A DNA stretch of 63,978 bases, filler included, from Octopus bimaculoides (taxonomy: Eukaryota), in the NCBI RefSeq assembly GCF_001194135.2. It is 7 parts of 7 records of this genome, joined end to end, with 100 filler letters (N's around TTAATTAATTAA, not from the genome) between each part and the next. Parts side by side here need not be neighbours in the genome. Positions count along the whole stretch, not along the records: positions 36,859 to 57,792 come from NC_068987.1; 6 more parts are not named here. The stretch is one strand, 5' to 3'. Shown here piece after piece: positions 38,180-51,667 of this stretch. The notes beneath the pieces are model-generated. The model had not been told where the DNA came from. It searched no databases and saw only the letters and a program-made list of their open reading frames with translations. A program made the translations under genes and the position numbers. The first letter of the stretch is position 1. Every line of letters begins with the position of its first letter.

Positions 38180-40404
38180 NNNNNNNNNNNNNNNNNNNNN
38201 NNNNNNNNNNNNNNNNNNNNNNNNNNNNNNNNNNNNNNNNNNNNNNNNTATATATGTGCATGTGTGGGTGGGTGGGTGTGTGCGTGTGTGTGTGTGTGTG
38301 TATGCGTGCGTGCGTCGGTGCGTGTGTGTATGGTCTGAGTGTGCGTCGTAATATGTGAAATTGGTTTGTCTTCCTTTCTGACATGTGTTTCAGTGTGTGG
38401 AAAGGTATAGCAACGATGGGTCATTCTTATTCCTTACTTCTAAGAAATTAATTACGAAAAATAATTGAATACTATTCATCCGTTTCTTTTGTCTTCTAAA
38501 CTCCACTGACCTGAATAAGATTATCTACTGATGCCTACCTGGAATATACCTCCGATTAATGACGCTTATTTTGATCTCCCTAACGTTATTATTTCAGCTG
38601 GTATATTAGACTAAATACAAAGACAATGATAGTTGCTGTAACGGAAATTAGAATTCACCTCCTTGCTTTTTTAGTTGTTACATTATCAGAAAAATAATAC
38701 GAGCATTACATTTACAAATGGCTACATATAATGCTGAATAAATTGGAACAATAGTATTTATTATCATCTTTGTAATGTCTGCTTAAAAATGTTACAGAAT
38801 CGGTAATGAAGCATATAACTTTTTCTTCAAAAACTAAATAGTATATTACGTTATGGACTGCAGATAACTGGTACAAACCTAAAACAAGTTACACTTCCAT
38901 TAATTGGGCTACCGTTGCCGATATTGCCAGCATGCCCCCATCACACCAACATTCCTCAAAATATTTCGACTAACTTTAGAATTTGTTAGACAGAATTTAA
39001 TTTTAATGAATTTCACCATTTCTCTTACCACAGGCTCTTAACGTTTGTTTTGAAGGGATTAAGGTAATCACAACTTTGATCGTGTAAAGGATATATAAGG
39101 CCGCTAAGAAAAGTATATGTTGTTACGAAAGGCGATTTACAAGTTGTGATGTTCATATTTTCTGAATGGATTTAGCGGTAAAGGTGAAAGGATATGAAGT
39201 AGCTTAAGCGAAACGATGCCTCTGATCAAATTTTCCATGAAGATTGCTGTACTGCTTGTTGGCCAGGAAGTCAAATGGAGAGATGAATGGATATATAATC
39301 TTGGACAATTATACGCTAATAACCGAACAATAAATTACTGATATTGATAAGGTAGCGTCAAAGATCAGAGGAAAAATGAGGTCTGCGTAAGTAATATCTA
39401 GTTTATAAAACGGCTCTACGTATTAGTTCTAAGGATTGGTTTATAGAATAGGTGTTCTATATTTAGTGTCCAGAAAAGCTTTTTATAGAAGAGGTGTTCT
39501 ATTCTTAGTGAACAGAAAAGCGTTCAATTAATTAGTTCGAATAATTAATCAATTGAAAATTTTGGTTTGTATAATCCATATTTCTATACTCTGAAGTAAA
39601 GAAAATTACATTTTCATTTGTTGTTCTTGTGAGAAAATAAAAGCCAGAGACAGAATTCGAATTGTCGCTTCAGCTGCAAATTTGTCGTAAGGTAAATCAG
39701 AACCTTTTTCTTTGTTACAGGAACCATGTTGTTGCGACGCAAGCTTCTTATCACACAACAATGTGAGAGCGTAAGGGAGAAAGCATCAGTTGTTACCAAC
39801 TCGTATTGATTCAGATCTGTTGCCGCTACAACATTTTATACTTGAATATGTTAAGGCAAATATTTCACCCAGTTCATTTTGTTTTAAAATTAAACACAGG
39901 TTAATACAGATGACCACCACTACTTAATCTGCTACTGATTGTTAGTTAACTCTGATACAGATATGTTCAATGAACAAATTCCAAGCTGATGGAGTTAGAT
40001 GAGTTTCTGATTATGTATTTTAGGCAACTAGCACTGAAACTATAAAGAGAAAGAAATATGCGTTAAGGTTCAAGAAATATTGGTCAATCACTAATATTTA
40101 CTCATATCTTATTTCTTATCCAGATATGAGAGAAAATTCCAGGATATGTTTAAATATTACTCAACATCAGCAAAGCTACGACATTTATAACATGCTGAAG
40201 CTGGAATTTATTGAAATATAAACACAAGATATTAAATAATTCAAGACCTTCGCCTGTGTAAAGTATTCTTAAATAACTTCATGTTAACATATATAAAAGG
40301 AACACATAAGGAAAAAAATAGACAATGTAATATAACACAACAGGTTTTTAACCAATGACTAATATCATATATTCCATATATATAAAGTGTATGCGATATA
40401 AAGT

Positions 40405-40634
40405 GTGTTTTATCTTTCACTTATTTTAGTTATTAGACTGCAGCCATGCTGGCGCACCGCCTTGAATTTTTAGTCGAATTAATCGACCCCCAGTACTTAC
40501 TTTTGAAGCCTAGTACCTTTTCGATTGGTCACGGGGACGTAAGCACACCAATACCGGTTGTCAAGCGGCGATGGGAGTGGGGTTCAAACACGCACACAAA
40601 GACACACACACATAGATAGATATACATATATATG

Positions 40635-40666
<32 letters not shown>
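40405..40666 (-). mobile_element. SINE family B 3' part plus internal microsatellite
   Basis: GACTGCAGCCATGCTGGCGCACCGCCTTGAA..TTAGTCGAATTAATCGACCCC...CCGGTTGTCAAGCGGCGATGGG. Confidence 0.85.
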
Positions 40667-41505
40667 NNNNNNNNNNNNNNNNNNNNNNNNNNNNNNNNNN
40701 NNNNNNNNNNNNNNNNNNNNNNNNNNNNNNNNNNNNNNNNNNNNNNNNNNNNNNNNNNNNNNNNNNNNNNNNNNNNNNNNNNNNNNNNNNNNNNNNNNNN
40801 NNNNNNNNNNNNNNNNNNNNNNNNNNNNNNNNNNNNNNNNNNNNNNNNNNNNNNNNNNNNNNNNNNNNNNNNNNNNNNNNNNNNNNNNNNNNNNNNNNNN
40901 NNNNNNNNNNNNNNNNNNNNNNNNNNNNNNNNNNNNNNNNNNNNNNNNNNNNNNNNNNNNNNNNNNNNNNNNNNNNNNNNNNNNNNNNNNNNNNNNNNNN
41001 NNNNNNNNNNNNNNNNNNNNNNNNNNNNNNNNNNNNNNNNNNNNNNNNNNNNNNNNNNNNNNNNNNNNNNNNNNNNNNNNNNNNNNNNNNNNNNNNNNNN
41101 NNNNNNNNNNNNNNNNNNNNNNNNNNNNNNNNNNNNNNNNNNNNNNNNNNNNNNNNNNNNNNNNNNNNNNNNNNNNNNNNNNNNNNNNNNNNNNNNNNNN
41201 NNNNNNNNNNNNNNNNNNNNNNNNNNNNNNNNNNNNNNNNNNNNNNNNNNNNNNNNNNNNNNNNNNNNNNNNNNNNNNNNNNNNNNNNNNNNNNNNNNNN
41301 NNNNNNNNNNNNNNNNNNNNNNNNNNNNNNNNNNNNNNNNNNNNNNNNNNNNNNNNNNNNNNNNNNNNNNNNNNNNNNNNNNNNNNNNNNNNNNNNNNNN
41401 NNNNNNNNNNNNNNNNNNNNNNNNNNNNNNNNNNNNNNNNNNNNNNNNNNNNNNNNNNNNNNNNNNNNNNNNNNNNNNNNNNNNNNNNNNNNNNNNNNNN
41501 NNNNN

Positions 41506-41521
41506 GACGCTCTTCCGATCT
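41506..41521 (+). other. Illumina adapter remnant GACGCTCTTCCGATCT
   Basis: Exact match to the 3' end of the Illumina read-1 adapter/primer, located at a contig edge. Confidence 0.9.
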
Positions 41522-42164
41522 TATATATGTATGTATATATATACACACACAAACACAGACACATATTTGCCTATATAAAGAGGATATAAATCACAAACGT
41601 TTTGTAATTTTGATTCCTTTATTCGAACATGGTTTTGTGTATGTATATATTTATATAGAGATACACGCATACATACATATACATACACACACGTATATAT
41701 ATAAATGCATATGCGTGTACATATATATATATATATATATATACATATATCATCTCACATTACTAAATACATGTAGTTATGAGATTTGATGCTTACTTCG
41801 GTATATATACATCAATTGGTTTAAGCTGGTATAATTAATGAACAGCCGTAGGACACATAAGTTTTGTACTACATTATTTACAAAATATATCATATCTCCG
41901 AAATCTAACGTGCTTTATATATTTTCACAAACTCAAACAGCTGCATAGAGTGAGTTAGTTGTATTAAAGTTAGTTAAATATGTATTACAAATTTTAGTAA
42001 TCAACTATATGTTCAGGCCACCTATTAATTCTATAGTAGTTTATGTATTATTACGAAATACTCAGGAAAATTAAATATGATTTTCAGGCCGATGTAGTTA
42101 TTTAATATGTAATTATGGTTTCAGATCCTATTATAAGTCGAGAGATTTAAAGGGGGATATTATG

Positions 42165-42312
42165 TTTGAATACATCGACCTCACTGCGTAACTGGAATAT
42201 ATTTTATTGACCTCGAAAGGAGAAGAAGCAAAGTCGCCCTCAGAATGTAAGGCCGGAAGAAATGCCACCAAAATTTTCTTCAGAGTGCTAAAGATTCTTC
42301 AGGTCACCGCCT
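42165..42312 (-). mobile_element. Degenerate SINE family A
   Basis: ACATCGACCTCACTGCGTAACTGG..TATTGACCTCGAAAGG...GGAAGAAATGCC...TCACCGCCTT. Confidence 0.65.
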
Positions 42313-43179
42313 TTAGTTACTTCTTCATTGCTGTACTGAATTATTAAGTGGGTGTGTAATAGTTCTGTTCGGTTTCAATTATAGTTCGTTAAGGACAATA
42401 TTTTAGAAGATTCATTTGTGTACTGAATAAAATATCTTGAGTATTTTTACGGCTCTCTGTCCTCTAATTGCAAATAGCACAAAGTCAACCTAGCGCTCCC
42501 TACTTTCAATGAGGAGGATAAACTATCAATCCAGATTGGTGGAACTTTTAGAACACCGAACAGGACGTATTGCAAACATTAAATGGTTCTTTGCGTTCTG
42601 AGAGTAATACATGATACGGCACTGGTACAAACTAACATCAGCTGTAGTGCACTAGCCTTTCCTTTGGACAATTTTGAGGTCATGGAGATGTAAGATTAAC
42701 ACGCATAGACAGAGATAAGGTTTCAAATATATATCAACTTAACATTTCTTCTACTTGGCGTCGGCAGAATAAAGTACTACTCAAGTACAGGGGTGTATGG
42801 TATCCACCGATCAACTCCCATCAAAATTTCTGGTCTTGTGCTTAAAAAGAAACAATTCGTCCCAACATTAAACAACTAAATTCAATATCATAATGGAATA
42901 ATAATTTGTCTGTTTCCATTTATATCATTGGTAATATTCTTGTTTGTATTTATGTAGGAATGTAAGTATGTCTGCAAGTATCTCTGTGTGTGTGTGTGTG
43001 TGGTTGAGAGAGAGAGATAGAGAGAAAGAAAGTGAAAGAGCATATGTTCATTCCAAATAGTTTTGATTATTACCCATTATCATTAGAACTATATTGACTA
43101 CACGTACATACACGCACACACTCACACACATCTATCTACATATTTATATATACATATATAGATGTACAAACATACATGC

Positions 43180-43240
<61 letters not shown>

Positions 43241-43845
43241 GATAGATAGATACATACATACATACACACACAAATATGTATATATACATACATACACATA
43301 TCTATATATACTAGTTGAGATAATTATAATTATAATTTCCGGTTATCCCCAGTATTAGTAAACAAATAATGAGTTAGCCCTCCTCAGAAGCTTTCATGCA
43401 ACAGTGATGACATCGATATCATCTGTAATGCTGAAGAAACTCAATATCGCTGTAAACTCGCATAAGACAAGAAGGAAATAGAGCGGATGCGCTAGTTATG
43501 AAATATTCAACGTCAACAGAAGACTAAGCCCGAGAGTAAAATATGCTGAGCTTATTAAGCACATATAACGTAAATAACGTATTTCTTAGAGAAATTTCAT
43601 TCTAGGCTATTACTGAAAACTAGTTGGTTAAGCATAAGTAATTTATTTACTGTCATTTACTTTCTTTATACGCCCTAAGACATAGAAAAATGTTTCATAA
43701 CTGTTTAAATATGTCTTTGTTATCATTAATATCACTCGCATGTTAAAACTGAAATGCCACCCACAGAATGAATGTTGGACAGTACATTATCTAAACGTTG
43801 TTAACATAAAATCGCTAGATACTCATTTATGTTTGTAATGTCTTG

Positions 43846-44000
43846 GGCGGCGACGTGGCACAGCCGTTAGCCCATCGGTCAGAATGCTTAGTAGCATTTC
43901 TTTTGGCCCTTCTGAGTTCGAATATTCCGCCACAGTCGACTTTGCTTTTTATCCTTTGAGCACTGAAGTTGATTTAAAATTGTTGGCTTTGTGCCGAAAA
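43846..44000 (+). mobile_element. Degenerate SINE family A
   Basis: GGCGGCGACGTGGCACAGCCGTTAGC...GAATGCTTAGTAGCATTTC...GTCGACTTTGCTTTTTATCCTTT. Confidence 0.65.
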
Positions 44001-44993
44001 TTTGAAACCGTTTACGAGAGTAATGTATGAAGTACTTAGATCACACCTCGACTGACATTCAAATAACAGATACTTTCATACATTTACTGAGAACTTCAGT
44101 TCCGAATCTTCAGAGATTAGCAGGGAGTATGTAGTCATCACCAGAAGAATAGAAGAATAGAATTCGAAAAAATAAATCGTCAGCATTGGAACATTGCGTT
44201 CGAGCGGTTTCTTTATAATAACACCGTAGCAGTTTTATCGAATTCATATCTATTCTTCCGAAGATGGATACATATTCCTCAGAAAGAAATCGATAGAATA
44301 AGTACGAGACTTAGAAAAGTCTGCACCGGATTTAATTTTTCCGACTTCAAGGCTGAGCCCTATCATGACCACAGACAAACAGCTGAAACAAAGGTTATAT
44401 ACGAGACATAAAGTAAGTTTTTTTTTTGCCAACAGAATGTGGTAGTCCTATACAAGGACAATGTTACTGTTGTTTAGCTCCAGGAAAACATCTTTTCCAG
44501 CCAACTATCAACACAAAGTTTGTAGGCAAATAGTATAAGCAAGGGAGGTCATCGCTTCCATCTCTAGACATAGTGATACTCACAGACCCAGGTTTCTGGG
44601 TTATTTCTCGTCCTCAGTGCGAGACAATCTCAGGCTAGTGATGGGGGTTCACTCAATTTCCTTATACTATATACTTTTTAAGTGATACACAGTCTCTGAT
44701 CTCATAAAGAGAAAAACAGTTAGCTTTAAATCTCTAGGCGATAGATATGCAGTAACAGTACGGAATAGTAAAGTTTATTTGTCAACAGAATGTGAAAGAA
44801 ATCATAGTCGATACAACTGAATGAATTCAATTCAACGGGGCTCATGATTGCTAGTAAGGTTTTATTTGTAACTTATTCATAAAAATAAATGATGAGACTA
44901 TTTGCAAGCTTGCCTTTATCTTTGTATTTGCCTACATACCTGTTTGTCATACATGATTTTATATGTACATGTTATTGTACTTGAGAACGGTTG

Positions 44994-45037
<44 letters not shown>

Positions 45038-45621
45038 NNNNNNNNNNNNNNNNNNNNNNNNNNNNNNNNNNNNNNNNNNNNNNNNNNNNNNNNNNNNNNN
45101 NNNNNNNNNNNNNNNNNNNNNNNNNNNNNNNNNNNNNNNNNNNNNNNNNNNNNNNNNNNNNNNNNNNNNNNNNNNNNNNNNNNNNNNNNNNNNNNNNNNN
45201 NNNNNNNNNNNNNNNNNNNNNNNNNNNNNNNNNNNNNNNNNNNNNNNNNNNNNNNNNNNNNNNNNNNNNNNNNNNNNNNNNNNNNNNNNNNNNNNNNNNN
45301 NNNNNNNNNNNNNNNNNNNNNNNNNNNNNNNNNNNNNNNNNNNNNNNNNNNNNNNNNNNNNNNNNNNNNNNNNNNNNNNNNNNNNNNNNNNNNNNNNNNN
45401 NNNNNNNNNNNNNNNNNNNNNNNNNNNNNNNNNNNNNNNNNNNNNNNNNNNNNNNNNNNNNNNNNNNNNNNNNNNNNNNNNNNNNNNNNNNNNNNNNNNN
45501 NNNNNNNNNNNNNNNNNNNNNNNNNNNNNNNNNNNNNNNNNNNNNNNNNNNNNNNNNNNNNNNNNNNNNNNNNNNNNNNNNNNNNNNNNNNNNNNNNNNN
45601 NNNNNNNNNNNNNNNNNNNNN

Positions 45622-45672
<51 letters not shown>

Positions 45673-45676
45673 TACT

Positions 45677-45714
<38 letters not shown>

Positions 45715-46560
45715 GATTTTGTGCGTATGCTCGCGTGGGTCTGTATCTGTGTATGTCTATATATGTATATTTATGAGCAAGCACGATGTGTGCGTGAGTG
45801 TGTGTAAATGTGAGTCTATGCATTTGTATGCAGATGTGTTCTCGTATATTGGCATCTGGCTCTAAATCTCAAGGATTCAAAATGAAAGCTGTTTGCTTCG
45901 TAAATGTGCAATAGCATTAAGAATAGCGAGAGCAGTAAGAGGAGTATGCGGAGAAGAACGTGAATATATCACAATCTTCCATAACAATTAGTGACGTCGT
46001 GAAATGTCGGTCGAGCTGCTAGCTCTTACTAAACACCTCCGATTCGTTGCCTGAAGCCAGGTGATGTTAGAAAGCCTAGAGTCATGGTGCGCAGTATGTG
46101 TGTGGTCCTATTTAATTGTGCAGGTGTAATAGTAACACTGAATGAACCAAGTCAGAAAGACGTATTAAAGAAAACATACAATCTGCGAGGTGTCAGGTGA
46201 AGAACCCTTCAGCAAATTTAACCGTTATAAAGACCAACTACAACAAAGTATTGTGTTTAAGAAAACTATACATTGTAGCTTTATTGCTAACAATTCATAC
46301 CATTCATTCGATGCACTTTCATTCAGACATTTGTGTTTCCTTACTTTCGTTAGCAACATATGTGTTCAAGTAGTTTAGGATTGTATATAGTTGTTTAATG
46401 TTCGGAAAACATATATTATCACTAAATCGATTTAATCTTTAACAAACCTTTTATTCGGTTGTGTATAAATATATATTATATGTATATGTATGCATGTAAT
46501 ATAGACGTTCGTGCGTGTATGTATTTGTGTTTTTGTGTGCCTACGTGTCTGTGGCTATTC

Positions 46561-46618
<58 letters not shown>

Positions 46619-46827
46619 ATGTACGTGGGTGTGTTTCTCTGGCTTAAAGCGTACGTTTACTGAAAATTGGTTTAACCCTTATTTTATCAAAAGCGTTATA
46701 AAATCTATACACATGCATAAGCTATATACACATTGTAAAATACATGTACATACTTATATGTGCATATGTGTGTATATAATATATGCATACACACACATAC
46801 GCATGTATGTAGGTATGTATGAATTTA

Positions 46828-47090
46828 GGCGTGTGGCTTAATGGTTAGTGTATTCGGCTCATGATATTAAGGTCAGGTGTTCGATTTCCGGTGGCGAGTT
46901 GTGTCCTTGAGCAAGACACTTTATTTCACGTTGCTGCAGTCCATTCAGATTTCAAAAATGGGCTGTACCTGTATTTGAAAAAGCCAACCTTGTCACATTC
47001 TGTGTCACGCTGAATCTCCCTTAGATTCAGGGTACAGCTATCTATGGAGAGCTCAGCAACTGGAACCCGCGTCGTCGCAATTGAAGTTAA
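46828..47090 (+). mobile_element. SINE with family C head and family D-type tail
   Basis: GGCGTGTGGCTTAATGGTTAG..GTTCGATTTCC..CCTTGAGCAAGACACTTTATTTCACGTTGC then CCTTGTCACATTCTGTGTCACGCTGAATCTC..AACTGGAACCCGCGTCGTCG. Confidence 0.75.
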
Positions 47091-47789
47091 AACACGGATT
47101 GCCACTTAGAGTTAAACACAGACACACACACATACAAAACAAATCACACACACAGACACACAAAAAACAAACACACACATATGTGTGTGTGTGTGTGTGT
47201 GTGTGCCTGTGTTTTCACATTCAGTTATAATGAAAGCAACTTTACATTAACCTGGTGAGTTACTCTAATCTCCTGAAGAGTATGAATTTATTTTTAAACA
47301 AGAATATCATTGTCAGTGACTTCGAAGTATCGCCCATTTAAGCCATCGCTGGACTCTGATGCATTGAAGTTAATCTTAGCTTTATATAGTATCTTTTGAG
47401 TTAAAATTTTCCTTGGGTATGTAATTTGGGTGGAGTCGTAATCAGGTTTTATTGTGGGTTGTTAAGGAGAGGTGTTTTGGAGAAATTGTTATTGATTAAA
47501 TTTCAGATTATGTTGTTTACAAATTATTCACCTACGTAGAACTTTGTAAGCTGGTATGAAAATGTAAGTAAACTTCTTCTGATTGGTCGGTATAGGATGT
47601 AAGGTTGGTTTGAGTTTGTTTTGGTATTATGATGATGATGATTTAGATGTGCATATAAATACATGTATGCAAGTCAGTGTGTAGGTAGGAGCATGTAAAT
47701 ATATGCATTTGTGTATGTATGTATGTATGCATGTATGTATGTATATACATACATACATACATACATACATACATACATACATACAATGA

Positions 47790-48050
47790 AAAAACTGTTG
47801 TCTAAATTATGCATAAATGAAAATAACTCTGAAATCTCATTTTAACAAATATATTTACCAAAATTACATAAAAATAATTTGATATACTAAAGAGTAAATT
47901 TATTCAATAAAATCGTCATTGCCTTCAACCATGGTCTACAGTCGACTTCGAAATCTCCTGCAACTCTTCTGCTGTCTCGTTTCCTTGTTTTAAGTTGGAG
48001 AATGTTGCCATAATCCTTGCATTCAGTTCATTTTTGGTGTTACAAGGAAT
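47790..48050 (-). mobile_element. Tc1/mariner (maT-like) transposase 3' relic
   Basis: Minus strand PCNTKNELNARIMATFSNL, frameshift, then CRRFRSRL*TMVEGNDDFIE*; resembles the 'C.RFR.RLEAV..A.G..IE' C-terminus. Confidence 0.65.
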
Positions 48051-48461
48051 ATATATGTATATATATATATGNNNNNNNNNNNNNNNNNNNNNNNNNNNNN
48101 NNNNNNNNNNNNNNNNNNNNNNNNNNNNNNNNNNNNNNNNNNNNNNNNNNNNNNNNNNNNNNNNNNNNNNNNNNNNNNNNNNNNNNNNNNNNNNNNNNNN
48201 NNNNNNNNNNNNNNNNNNNNNNNNNNNNNNNNNNNNNNNNNNNNNNNNNNNNNNNNNNNNNNNNNNNNNNNNNNNNNNNNNNNNNNNNNNNNNNNNNNNN
48301 NNNNNNNNNNNNNNNNNNNNNNNNNNNNNNNNNNNNNNNNNNNNNNNNNNNNNNNNNNNNNNNNNNNNNNNNNNNNNNNNNNNNNNNNNNNNNNNNNNNN
48401 NNNNNNNNNNNNNNNNNNNNNNNNNNNNNNNNNNNNNNNNNNNNNNNNNNNNNNNNNNNNN

Positions 48462-48498
<37 letters not shown>

Positions 48499-48530
48499 CG
48501 TGTATATATATGTATGTATGTTTGTATGTA

Positions 48531-48578
<48 letters not shown>

Positions 48579-49059
48579 CGAGTATATATATGTATGTATG
48601 TTTGTATGTATGTCTATATATATGTATATATATATTGACCCTCCTCTCTCACTATTCAATGACACTTCTACTATTTCTCGTGCAGAGTAATAGTAATTGA
48701 GAGCAATAAACATTGAGAACGGTGGTGAAGAGAGAAAGAGAGAGAGAGAAAGAAAGAAAAAGAGGGGGAGAGAAAGGGACACAAACAATTTAGGAAGAGC
48801 TGATGATGTTTTATTAATAGCAGTAGTGTTGATGGTGGCAGTGGGAGTAATAAGAAGAGAGAGAGAGGGGGAGAGATAGAGAGAGAGAGAGAGTGTGTGG
48901 GTACATGAGAAAAAGAGGGAAATGATCTAGAACTTTGTTTAACCATGTCTCTTTGACAGAAATTCCCGTGGCCAACATACTGAACGCTGAACCAACATAC
49001 TGAACAATGTAAGTTTTTTTTTTATTTTTTAGTTCCTTTAATACATACATATATACATA

Positions 49060-49545
49060 CATAAATATACAGGGATTAGCAATTGAGTTGCTTCTCCAAC
49101 ATACTGAAAATTTAGAAATAGCAGTCAAAGAACTACTGATTCCAAACTACAAATTTTTCTCTAAAGCGGATGGCGATATTTATGGCACACATAGAACAAA
49201 AACCGGAGGGAAAAGCGTTAACAAACCAAGCCTTTAGTTAATTGGATACGAATCGTTTCATGGTTAAGTGAATGGAAATTTCACTATTCCAATCTTCAGC
49301 CCAAATATTCTGTTGGAATAGTGAAATTTCCATTCACTTAACCATGAGACGATTCGTATCCAATTAACTAAAGGCTTGGTTTGTTTACGCTTTTCCCTCC
49401 GGTTTTTGTTCTATGTGTGCCATAAATATCGCCATCCGCTTTAGAGAAAAATTTGTAGTTTGGAATCAGTAGTTCTTTGACTGCTATTTCTAAATTTTCA
49501 GTATGTTGGAGAAGCAACTCAATTACTAATCCCTGTATATTTATG
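49060..49545. repeat. Near-perfect 486-bp palindrome (young foldback/MITE)
   Basis: Arms 49060-49292 and 49313-49545 (233 bp each, about 3 mismatches by eye), 20-nt loop TCTTCAGCCCAAATATTCTG; TA|CAGGG...CCCTG|TA near the ends. Confidence 0.92.
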
Positions 49546-49653
49546 ATGATAAATAGTTTTACCGATAAAGGTTTTTTTCATACTGAACTACTTGGCAAAA
49601 TTGTTAATTATTAATTCTATTATTAATTGACGATTCTCTGCCCNNNNNNNNNN

Positions 49654-50077
49654 AACAAACCAAGCCTTTAGTTAATTGGATACGAATCGTTTCATGGTTA
49701 AGTGAATGGAAATTTCACTATTCCAATCTTCAGCCCAAATATTCTGTTGGAATAGTGAAATTTCCATTCACTTAACCATGAAACGATTCGTATCCAATTA
49801 ACTAAAGGCTTGGTTTGTTTACGCTTTTCCCTCCGGTTTTTGTTCTATGTGTGCCATAAATATCGCCATCCGCTTTAGAGAAAAATTTGTAGTTTGGAAT
49901 CAGTAGTTCTTTGACTGCTATTTCTAAATTTTCAGTATGTTGGAGAAGCAACTCAATTACTAATCCCTGTATATTTATGATGATAAATAGTTTTACCGAT
50001 AAAGGTTTTTTTCATACTGAACTACTTGGCAAAATTGTTAATTATTAATTCTATTATTAATTGACGATTCTCTGCCC
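49654..50077. other. Probable assembly-overlap duplicate of ~49220-49643
   Basis: Sequence after the 10-N gap repeats the preceding ~424 bp almost exactly (CATGAGACG vs CATGAAACG). Confidence 0.7.
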
Positions 50078-50269
50078 TTATTCTTGTATATTTTATATAC
50101 ATACATATATATATATACATACAAACATACACACACACAAACACACACACACATATGAAATACGCTTTAATTGAAATAAAGTTTTCCAAAAATTAAATAT
50201 ATCTAATATGATAAATGTGAATGTCAGTGTGTCACACTTTTTCAACTTTAATAAATACTTTCTCCCAGA

Positions 50270-50535
50270 AGCACAAGACCTCAAAGTGATTAAGTCGATT
50301 ACATCGACTCCAGTACATAACTGGTACTAATATTATCAAACCCGACAGGATGAAAGACAAAGGTCAACTTAGGCGGCATTTGAACTCAAATCCTTTTTTC
50401 TCTAGAAATCGAAATCTACATTCAGTATTGTATATTTTCCATTCTCTTGTCGCACTTCATATATTTTCATCTCTTTGATAAAGTGTCCTAGCATTTCGCC
50501 CGGTATGTTAACGATTTTTCAAGCTCACTGCCTTA
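50270..50535 (-). mobile_element. SINE family A interrupted by a ~98-bp foreign segment
   Basis: Family A 3' half 50270-50390 and head 50491-50535 (CATTTCGCCCGG..AACGATT..AGCTCACTGCC) flank 50394-50491. Confidence 0.7.
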
Positions 50536-51667
50536 ATATAATATGATATAATGTGAATGCCTGTGTGTCATTGAGTCACACGTTTTCAACTTTACTCCTA
50601 GAGGCTGTAGCCCAACATATCATACCGTTTGGGAATCAGGATGACTTCGTGAGTAAATTAAAAACATGCCGGGCCAAATCCTGCAATCTTGAAATTTTGG
50701 ATTGCTATGTCTTTCTTACTGCGATTGTTTCGAGCGATTTTTTACATGATTTTTGCGACGAATATGATCATCATTGGAGTATGGACTCTGGAGGAAGCAA
50801 CTCCAGCAAATTCTCCAGAACAATTCAGACATCTGTTTGCANNNNNNNNNNATATATATATATATATATATATATAAGTGGCATAGACCTTCGATGACAT
50901 TGTGCTGAACAGCAAAAGTTCTTCAGTTTCGATTAACTGATTATTTAAATTTAATAATTAAATGTGTATATTTCATTGTATTTTTGTTCATTTTCCTATC
51001 ACGTATGGAACTAACTTCCGTTATTTTAGCCGTCTTCATTTAAAGCTACTTCGTTTTATTTCCATAATCTTGGTAGTTGAGGAGTTTCTTGATCTCTGAA
51101 GGTGACACACCCATGTCCATTGTCTTTGTTTTGTCTTCATCTCACATCGGTTTTCAGAAGATTGTGGAGACCCAAGTTAGATCGAAACTGTTGATATCAC
51201 TATTGGCACGGATCGATAATCGTGTTTTTTTCCGCTGATGGTACCTAGAATTCTCGTTCTCATCTAATATTTCTGACGCGTCTTGCCTTTTTTTCTGTTG
51301 CTTAAAAAATTCATAGTGAAGATAATGGATAATTTTGTACTGCTTTCTATAATTTGCGATAGCTTTGGACACAGTTCTGTGGATGTCGCAGTGTGTGAAG
51401 CTTCTCTTCGTGATGTATCTGACATTTAGTTTTGGTTTCTAAGATGGCTTTTACTTCTTGCCATTTCAGCATAAAATTGTTCAATTTGGAATCGTTTATT
51501 CTCAACACTAAGAATATCCAATACAACCTCACTGAAAACTGATGATTACTGCATCGATGCTATCATTTCTTTTTTCTCTAGAAATCGAAATCTACATTCA
51601 GTATTGTATATTTTCCATTCTCTTGTCGCACTTCATATATTTTCATCTCTTTGATAAAGTGTCCTAG
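50394..51667. repeat. ~98-bp direct repeats (50394-50491 and ~51570-51667)
   Basis: TTTTTTCTCTAGAAATCGAAATCTACATTCAGTATTG...CTCTTTGATAAAGTGTCCTAGC appears twice, apparently identical. Confidence 0.9.

Noticed and set aside
50553-50840. Possible membrane-peptide exon or maT transposase relic (F*FTHE on minus strand)
   Set aside because: Motifs are short, out of register and mutually inconsistent; cannot be supported by eye.
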